Source: Carcharhinus longimanus
Taxonomy: Eukaryota
Direction of reading: 5' to 3'
Assembly: GCA_030264375.1 (NCBI GenBank)
Contig: JASCQW010000168.1
Location: 12,743,574 to 12,807,573, forward strand
DNA: 64,000 nucleotides
The notes under the pieces are model-generated. The model was not told where the DNA came from and did no database searches. It worked only from the letters and a program-made list of their open reading frames with translations. Made by a program: the position numbers and the translations under genes. Positions 55,381 to 64,000 of the stretch are shown one piece after another; position 1 is the first letter of the stretch; every line of letters starts with the position of its first letter.

Positions 55381-55518
55381 GAACCTTTCTGACATAGATC
55401 AAGATGGAAAGCTTACGGCAGAGGAATTCATTCTGGCTATGCACTTAATTGACATGGCTATGTCTGGGCAGCCTTTGCCTCCTGTACTGACTCGAGATTT
55501 GATTCCACCAACGTTTAG
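55381..55518 (+). CDS. ITSN1: Intersectin-1 exon, EH2 EF-hand: (W)[45 protein letters not shown](R); ectopic
   Basis: 138 nt, ctacag| and |gtgagt; [13 protein letters not shown] is ITSN1-type rather than ITSN2-type (DIDGDGQLKAEEF). Confidence 0.93.
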
Positions 55519-58500
55519 GTGAGTTGCCTTTTGATAGTTAAATTGATACAACTTCTGGTAGTGGTAGTTCCAGTTTTAGCTGAGATTTTAAAAAGGCTAA
55601 TGTTATGTTACACATTAGACTGTTGTAGGTTAGTTTGCAATTTGTTTGTGATTTAGATCAAACTTGGAAAGAAAATTGGCCATATGTCACTTTGAATTTA
55701 TGATAACCATTAAATTTGTGAAGTAATGNNNNNNNNNNNNNNNNNNNNNNNNNNNNNNNNNNNNNNNNNNNNNNNNNNNNNNNNNNNNNNNNNNNNNNNN
55801 NNNNNNNNNNNNNNNNNNNNNNNNNNNNTGAAGGGGCAACACTCTGAAAGCTTGTGCTACCAAATAAACCTGTTGGACTTTAACCTGGTGTTGTGAGACT
55901 ACTTACTATGATGGAGAAAAGCGTTCAGTGCAATACTGACTGTCCAGGTGAGCAGTAATCTCAAGTGGGTACCATCTAACCTTCCTTCCTCTACCTTGTA
56001 AATATGTAGCACTATTTGAATCTTAATTTTTCATAGGTTTATATTAAAAGGCTAATTTGTTTCCATACTTACATTTGAGTACAAGAAATTAATTTAAAAT
56101 ATGTAGAACTGAAAAGAAATAATTTTGATGCAAACTTTGAAATTAGAATCCTTATTTAAATCAGTTCTTTGTTTAAAATGCTTATTGTACGTAGTAATAA
56201 ACCAGACACTTCATATGATGACACAATTCCTTTTACAGTGCTATGTTCTAAAAAACTACTTATTAGTGCAAAACTGGTATTTTTATTCTCTGCCATTAAA
56301 GCTGTGACAGGGTCATTCTACGTTAATAGAGACAAGGGTATAGCATTACTGAGATATGCCACCCTGTACCCTTGAAAATGCCAACTTGCAGGGAGTTCAG
56401 CTGGTCATTGTATGTTGCTGCCATTCCAGTCTTCTGATGTCCTACAATACCTTAAATCCTGTACAAATTAAAAGTGTCATCAGCACACCACTTGTGAAAT
56501 CCAAGTAGATTACTAGGTCCACGGATGGTGAGCTGCTGACTGGCACTAGCTTCAGTTTGTAGGTTGCTGCAAGCATAAAATAGTGCTGCAACTCATCCCA
56601 AATCTGAAATCCAAGCTAAAAGGTGATGAGATAAAATGAGCGATTGAGCCTAGTTGTGTTTCTGGTGTCAGTGAACTTGACCGTCTCTGCTTGCTGTTAG
56701 TAACAGACACAGCAATTATCTTTCCATACTATTGGCAATCATGTGTGTCACATCCTGACAACTCAGAGGCTAACATCATTGACTCTGTTAAGAGCCAGCT
56801 TTGTAAAAAGAATACTAAGCAAGTAGGAGCTAGGATGGTGATGGTGGAGAACATGATCTTTATCCCTTAAATCCAATACAGGGCATCTGTTCCTGAATGA
56901 TAACACCAAAAATATGAGTGATAGGAAAAAGAGAGAAACTTCCTGATGCTAGTTTTCCAGTGGATCAATGTTTTCGTGTCTCTGGAAATGGGAAGGAAAC
57001 AGAAACACAACCAATGATTGACAAACATAGAATGGGGTGTGCATACGCCCTGGTGATGTGTGTGGCTGATATCTGGCAGTCCATTTATTTATTTTTGTTG
57101 GGNNNNNNCAGAGCTTGGGAAGCAACTATGTAACAGCGCTGACCTGAGTTATCATAGTGCTTCAATTTGACAAATATTTCAACATTTACATCTCAAGGGG
57201 CAAAAATCAAGTTAAAACCCTTAGTGGACAATCCGACTGAGCGAAAACATTGTAAACAGGCAGCAGTCAAACACAATCAGCACTTACGTTAAAAAGGAAA
57301 GGATAAACAATGTAACAGAAAGCCCACAGACGCAGCACAAATGGAGTAAACCAGGGTGAGTTAACATGCAAATGCAGCCATGCAGCAGAGAACCCACGGG
57401 GCAGACAGGTAAAGAGCAGCTCCAGCATCAGCACCAGACTCAGCCACACCTCCACATACTGCTCTAATCCTTGTCTCATTGCTCTCGTGCATTAAAGGCA
57501 TAATTCTCCTTCGAGAAAGTGCTGCTGCTGTCCTGTGGTAAAGTCTCTTAAAGAATGCAACAGTTTTAGACATTTCAGAAAGTGGGTGCACTTTAGTAGA
57601 TTTTGCTACTTATGTCAGTCTGCACTAGTGGCTGCCTGCTAGGCTGCACTGGATTCAGAGCAATGCAATTCCATAATCTGATGGCAGGCTTTATTTTTTT
57701 CTAACTCTCATCACTGAAGACTTATGAATAATGACAGCTAACAAACGGCGAGCTATCTTAATTGGTGTTTAGACATTCTGTTGCTGCGCAAAATGAATGT
57801 TTATGTTGAGTGCTATGTTGATACGGTAAAATTAGAAAGTTGGAAAATAAGTTGTTTATAAAATGTCACTTTGCATCAACTTCCTTCACATTACAAAAAA
57901 AAAGTTGCAATTATACGAAAGACAAGAACTGCAGCCAGCTTTCGGGGCTGAGGCCAGAAGCCACACTTGCCAGCTGTGGTTTAAGACATTGCATGACTGG
58001 AAATTGCTACCACATGGTCTTATCTCCTGGGCAGGGAGTCTGAACGTTCTGACAATTTGTTCTCTGAACATGAGCCTCCAAATGAAAACCAAAATGTTGG
58101 CCAAACATAACATATCGTCAATCTTCTTCTGCTAATGGGGAAACGAGACAAAAAACAAAGGACACTGACTTCCAGAGTGTTTCCCAGCTATATAAGCACT
58201 GATGCAAAGTCCAAGTGACTAAAGGTCTTAAAAACTTTACACCGAACATAAATTGAGAACTTTTTCACAGAAGTTACCTCCACCAGGCAGTTTGTGTGCT
58301 GATGAAAGAGCTGGTTTTTAATTAGGGTGGGATAATTAAGGTGGGGTCGAAAATCTGAGGGAATTCACAAAAGACAAAAATTAGCAGAAGCAACAAACAG
58401 TGACTATCTAAAAGCAAAAAAAAAGCCCATTCAGTCAAGCAGGCTGCTGACAGATCGTAAAGCAAGCCAAAAGCATTTAAGGATCTGAAGGGCTGGGGGT

Positions 58501-59119
58501 TGAGGCCTTCAGTTTTGGAAGGGGGAAGGGAAGGGAAGGGAGGGACGTGGGAACTTGACTAAAGATTAGGGCCGAGGATTTAGACCACACAGTATCACTG
58601 AGCTGAACGCTGGTGACAGACGAGCCTCTGGCAAGCTCTCGCGAAATGGTTTCCATGGAAGAGTCACATGGATTTTAATGAAACATGGAAAGTACAAAAG
58701 CTGCACGCAGAAAATAAGGATGACAATATCAGAGTGATGGAAGAACTGACTACAAGGCCAGATTAGATATTCTTTAAAATGGAAATTTAGAAATTAATGA
58801 TGCAATGTAAATATGAAAATTAAACAAGATGTTATCCTTTTTTGGGAGGAAATGCCAAAACAAGGTAGCTGGAATAGTCTGGCTGCCATGCTTTTCTTCA
58901 ACCTTATGTGCTGTAGATTAATAAAACAATAGGAATTCTAGTTTTGAGGCACCGACAAAAAAAAGTTAACAAAGGTGACATGTGCCTTATCAGAGCCAAA
59001 TGTCTCCAATGACAGTGTGACAATCCTAGCAGTAACATCTGACATCACAGTGCAAACAAAATATTAAATCTCTGTGGGTCAGAGGTCACCACAAACATGC
59101 CTTGTCCAGTTTGACTTAC

Positions 59120-59211
59120 TTTCTGCCTCGTGTCGCATTAAAAGTCCCTCCGTATTTCTTCCGATTAAGGATGAGAGCAGCAATTTCTGGTACGTATCGA
59201 GCAAACATTGC
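59120..59211 (-). CDS. KCNMA1: BK channel alternative exon 9 (e9alt): [31 protein letters not shown]
   Basis: Paralogous 92-nt exon 85 nt downstream of exon 9 with the same phases, tag| and |gtaagt; matches the known mutually exclusive e9alt. Confidence 0.97.
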
Positions 59212-59388
<177 letters not shown>

Positions 59389-60688
59389 CTAAGAAGAAGA
59401 TAGGAGACAGAAGAATAGACTAAAAAGAGAGGCCAAAGAGGGGGGTGGGATGCTGTGCTCTAAGGTTCAGAAGATGTTCTTAAGATCTGAAACCATGAAA
59501 GAATTAGTCAGATCTGTAAAGAAGATCTCAGCTCTGCTCAAACTAGAACTCACAAAGCAAAAAGGCTCAAGGAAAGGGTTCTTTTTCATAAGAATCTAAA
59601 GGAATTGGAGTTGTTTTGAAATTATGTTGCAAGAGTATTTTCATCTACTCAAGAGATGTTTCTCTAACAGAACAGTAAAGGCAACAAATAAACTGTAGCA
59701 TCTAAAANNNNNNNNNNNNNNNNNNNNNNNNNNNNNNNNNNNNNNNNNNNNNNNNNNNNNNNNNNNNNNNNNNNNNNNNNNNNNNNNNNNNNNNNNNNNN
59801 NNNNNNNNNNNNNNNNNNNNNNNNNNNNNNNNNNNNNNNNNNNNNNNNNNNNNNNNNNNNNNNNNNNNNNNNNNNNNNNNNNNNNNNNNNNNNNNNNNNN
59901 NNNNNNNNNNNNNNNNNNNNNNNNNNNNNNNNNNNNNNNNNNNNNNNNNNNNNNNNNNNNNNNNNNNNNNNNNNNNNNNNNNNNNNNNNNNNNNNNNNNN
60001 NNNNNNNNNNNNNNNNNNNNNNNNNNNNNNNNNNNNNNNNNNNNNNNNNNNNNNNNNNNNNNNNNNNNNNNNNNNNNNNNNNNNNNNNNNNNNNNNNNNN
60101 NNNNNNNNNNNNNNNNNNNNNNNNNNNNNNNNNNNNNNNNNNNNNNNNNNNNNNNNNNNNNNNNNNNNNNNNNNNNNNNNNNNNNNNNNNNNNNNNNNNN
60201 NNNNNNNNNNNNNNNNNNNNNNNNNNNNNNNNNNNNNNNNNNNNNNNNNNNNNNNNNNNNNNNNNNNNNNNNNNNNNNNNNNNNNNNNNNNNNNNNNNNN
60301 NNNNNNNNNNNNNNNNNNNNNNNNNNNNNNNNNNNNNNNNNNNNNNNNNNNNNNNNNNNNNNNNNNNNNNNNNNNNNNNNNNNNNNNNNNNNNNNNNNNN
60401 NNNNNNNNNNNNNNNNNNNNNNNNNNNNNNNNNNNNNNNNNNNNNNNNNNNNNNNNNNNNNNNNNNNNNNNNNNNNNNNNNNNNNNNNNNNNNNNNNNNN
60501 NNNNNNNNNNNNNNNNNNNNNNNNNNNNNNNNNNNNNNNNNNNNNNNNNNNNNNNNNNNNNNNNNNNNNNNNNNNNNNNNNNNNNNNNNNNNNNNNNNNN
60601 NNNNNNNNNNNNNNNNNNNNNNNNNNNNNNNNNNNNNNNNNNNNNNNNNNNNNNNNNNNNNNNNNNNNNNNNNNNNNNNNNNNNNNNN

Positions 60689-61640
60689 GCCAACATTCCA
60701 TTCACCTTCTTGATCACCTGCAGACTGGGTTTTTGCGACTCATGCACAAGGACCTCCGGGTCCCTTTGCACCATAGCATGCTGCAGCTTTTCGTCTTTTA
60801 AATAATAATCCCTCCTACTATTATTTCTACCCAAGTGGATAACCTCACACTTGCTAACATTATACTCCATCTGCCAGGTACTCGCCCTCTCGCTTAGCCT
60901 ATCCAGGTCTCTCTGCAGACTTTCCACACCCTCCACGTGATTTGCTTTTCCACTCATCTTTGTGTCATCAGCAAATTTTGCCCTGGATGGTGTCAAGTTT
61001 TGAGTGTTGCTGGAACTACACTCATTCAGGCAAGTGCAGAATATTCCATCACATTCTTGACTTGTGCCTTGTCTGAGGGTTTGAGGAGTCAGGAGCTGAG
61101 CTGCATAGATTCCTGGACTCCAACTTGCTCTTGTAGACACAGTATTTATATGGCTAGACCAATTCAGTTTCTAATGTTGATCATGGGGTAGTTAGCAATG
61201 GTAATGCCACTAAATGTCAGGGGATGATTAGATTCTCTTTTGTTGGAGATGGTCATTGCCTGGCACTTATGCGGTGCAAAATTTACTTACCACTTGATGG
61301 CCCAAGCCTGGATATTGCCCATATCTTGCTGAGTTTGGACACGGACTGTTACAGTATCTGAGAAGTCACAGATTGTGCCGAATATTGTGTAACCATCAGC
61401 AAACATCCCCACTTCTGACCTTTCGATAGACGGAAGGTCAATAATGAAGCAGATCAAAATGGTTGGACCTAGGACATTTCCTTGAGGAACTACTGCAATG
61501 ATGTCCTGGAGCTCCGATAATTGACCCCCAATAACCACAACCATCTTCTTTTGTGCTAGGTATGAGTTCAACCAGGACAGAGTCCCCATCCTCTACCCTT
61601 TGACTCTCACTGACTCCAGTTTTACTGGGCTCCTTATTGT
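60689..61640 (-). mobile_element. Juxtaposed CR1 RT fragments of two families, adjacent to a ~1 kb gap
   Basis: KFADDTK..LQRDLDRLSE..WQMEYNVSKCEVIHLG; VPQGNVLGPTIL..MFADG. Confidence 0.85.
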
Positions 61641-61759
61641 CAAGGGTAGTTACTTTCATCCCATCTTATTTTGACAGAGAAGTTAACAATGACCAGGGCC
61701 GAGTCAATAAGAAGGTCTCTTCTCTGGATCCCACGTCTGTATTTTCAAACCCAAGACTA

Positions 61760-62222
61760 AGGGCATGCTTTACTGGGCAGCAGTGATTGCTCTGCTCCAG
61801 AGATACCCAACACCAGGCTCCCAAAACAACTTCTCAACTTGGACCTCGATCAAGGTATGAGTCTCCCAAGTGAGCAACAGAAACGCTTTAGAGACATCTT
61901 TAAAGCATCCCTGAAGAGAGATCAAATATCCCTGCAGACTCATGGGAGTTCCTGGCTTGTGACCAACCGAAAAGCAGAACATTCAGTCAGGATGGCACAG
62001 AACACATTGAGAGACTTTGGTGGGAACATGCCAGAGATGGAGTTGAGGCACTGGTGAGAGTGCACTGACCTCCCAACAACTGATCTATCTTAGCATCCAA
62101 GCACCACCTGCCCCGCATGTGCCAGAGTCTGCATATTGTGTGCTGGAGCACCCATCTCAAATCCCATTGAACTGCAGAGGAAGCAAGTCATTCTCGATCC
62201 CAAGGAACTGGCTAAGAAGATT
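61760..62222 (+). mobile_element. RTE-like LINE 3' end
   Basis: QQKRFRDIFKASLK; C2H2-like tgccccgcatgtgccagagtctgc; tail ggaagcaagtcattctcgatcc..taagaaga. Confidence 0.7.
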
Positions 62223-64000
62223 ACTTTTATTGAAACATCCTTTTAAATGTCGGTGCAAATGGCAAACAAGCATGAATTATTTCACATAAGCAGTGACTGA
62301 ATTGAATATGTTACAGAGTGTGCATATTTGATAAGAAATTCTCTTAAACCAGTATGTTGAGAAGACCTGCATCATGAATCATCACCTCACTGGATTTGAA
62401 TGCCTCAGTTGTGTACTTCAAGTTAAATTAGTGAGCCTCTTAGTTGGTCTTTAAAGATTTTGGATTCCATAGTCTGGACAATGACTTGTTTACACCAGTG
62501 AATGAATGCTGACTATTGTCTATGCTATACTCAAGAAGGTGTCAAAATTGTTTCTGACATTGAAATGTCAGTGATGAAAGTGTTCACCTGTTTATATCAC
62601 TCTGAGCAATTTCTGAATTCATATCAGTGATGGTTACTAATAAATTTGACATGTTCTCATCCAGGGGTACAGGCTTTACAGTGCAGCCTATAACCACATG
62701 TTTGTTAGCAGTTGGAGGGGGACACAGAGGGGTAGGACTCCTGAAACCGCACTAAAAAATCTAAAACAACATTTTATTAAAAGGAGCAGATCACACAGAA
62801 GGGATTATGGTCGCTGGCATATGTAGAAAATCATTAAACAAAACAAAAATAGCTCAAAACACCAACCTGGAACTATGACATAAAGCAAGACAAATGTTTG
62901 TTTTCTACATTATCTACGTCACTGAAACTTTTTCATAGAACTGGTTTTAAAATGAGTAACAGCTAAAATTCCACTAATTTTCACCAGCTCATTTTAAAAA
63001 CACAGAAGATTGAAAACACATTTTGATTGTATATAATCCCGGTTACAAAAAAAATAATTTCTATTGGCATTTCTCATCAAGTCAAAAGGCAACTTTACCC
63101 TGCTTAAAAAAAACAAACAAATGGTTCAGTGTGGTTCAAATTAGCTCAGAATTGAGCCCTACATTGGAGACTCTTGACTCTCTACCTGCTAAATGTAGCC
63201 CTACGCAGAACAGATTTGGGCAGTGTCAACTTTTCACTGTCTGGATACTAGTATGCTGATCAAAACTGCCCATAAATCAGGGCAAGAAAGGCATTAAAGC
63301 CAGTTGCCTCACTTAGGTCACAAAGATAGCAGTTGCGTGGAAAAATAGGAGGCATTCCCTGCAGCCTTTTTCTCAGATTTGAGCTCCGGCATTGTCAAAT
63401 AATATGGTCATGGCACTAAAGTCGTTTCCATATTTCATGAAAATAAAGTCACAATCCGAAACAGACAGCAACACGGGATGAAAATTAGTGATGGTTTTGG
63501 ATGCCTTCCACAGCGTGGGCATCAATTTAGTGGAAGTCAAATTTACATTTATACCTAACTTTTTATGATTTTTAATTACTTAAAATGAGCAGCACAAGCA
63601 GATGATGAGCTGTGGGATATGATCTATATCCCACTCAGCTGGTAATCATAACTCACTTGTAATTGTTAGCTGTGAGTTGTCAGGCTATTCTGCTATAGGA
63701 AATAAATCGTATTTCACAGCTCAACACATATCTTTGATTTACGTTACACCTGGCTATACTATAGCCAAGCTTGGAATGCTTAATGACAACCCAGGGTGCT
63801 TAAAGTGGAAAATGTTTCACTGCCAGCACTGATATTCACCCATCTTAATGAACATTAAAATTCACCATTTTCTTTTACATCTCAAGTAGTAAATGTTCAT
63901 AATTGGCTCTCCGCTAAAATCCTCAGTCATCTCCTCTGAGCTTCTTACTGATGGGCTGTGTAGAGATCTAATTTAACAATACAGGCAGTAGCATTCCCAA

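Larger units (their letters stand above)
49005..55922. mobile_element. Composite insertion: Penelope-like inverted arms flanking ~6.6 kb of ITSN1 genomic cargo, with target-site duplication
   Basis: Direct repeat ATGATGGAGAAA(A)GC at 49005-49018 and 55908-55922; inverted 67-nt arms at 49058-49124 and 55841-55907 (4 mismatches); extra 37-nt tail at 49021-49057; 100-N gap at 55729-55828. Confidence 0.65.

Noticed and set aside
49125-55728. Reading ITSN1 as a complete nested gene or as a processed pseudogene
   Set aside because: No upstream or downstream ITSN1 exons were found in the window, and introns are retained with no poly(A)
57267-57479. Hydrophobic 70-aa minus-strand ORF with an internal AAC|gtaagt donor and two TGCATG motifs
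   Set aside because: No convincing acceptor, phase does not match the host intron and no recognisable protein; it may be regulatory but cannot be supported
59641-61140. Longest ORFs in the track (499 aa, 345 aa), and similar ones at 21147-21727 and 24107-24658
   Set aside because: They are artefacts of reading through N runs; the real parts are CR1 or SINE sequence

Overview
Repeat-rich elasmobranch (shark) genomic DNA, identified by its HE1/V-SINEs and SacSINE1-like DeuSINEs. The scaffold contains 10-N and 100-N gaps. The backbone is the middle of KCNMA1 (Slo1/BK channel) on the minus strand: the mutually exclusive S6 exons 9 and 9alt, then RCK1 exons 10-14, all with GT-AG sites and matching phases. 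The stand-out feature lies in the intron between exon 9alt and exon 10. It is a ~6.9 kb segment (49005-55922) carrying three consecutive intact, intron-separated exons of an unrelated gene, ITSN1 (EH2 domain), on the opposite strand. This segment is bounded by inverted arms of a Penelope-like repeat carrying minimal hammerhead-ribozyme motifs and by a 12-14 bp direct repeat. Two small cargo-free elements in the window (28431-28647, 55100-55330) have the same target-duplication / tail+arm / inverted-arm architecture. The sequence therefore suggests Penelope/hammerhead-mediated capture of an unspliced host gene segment. An assembly gap sits at the right junction, so misassembly must be excluded. 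The remainder is decayed CR1/L2/RTE LINEs, two Gypsy relics, MITE-like elements and minisatellites.
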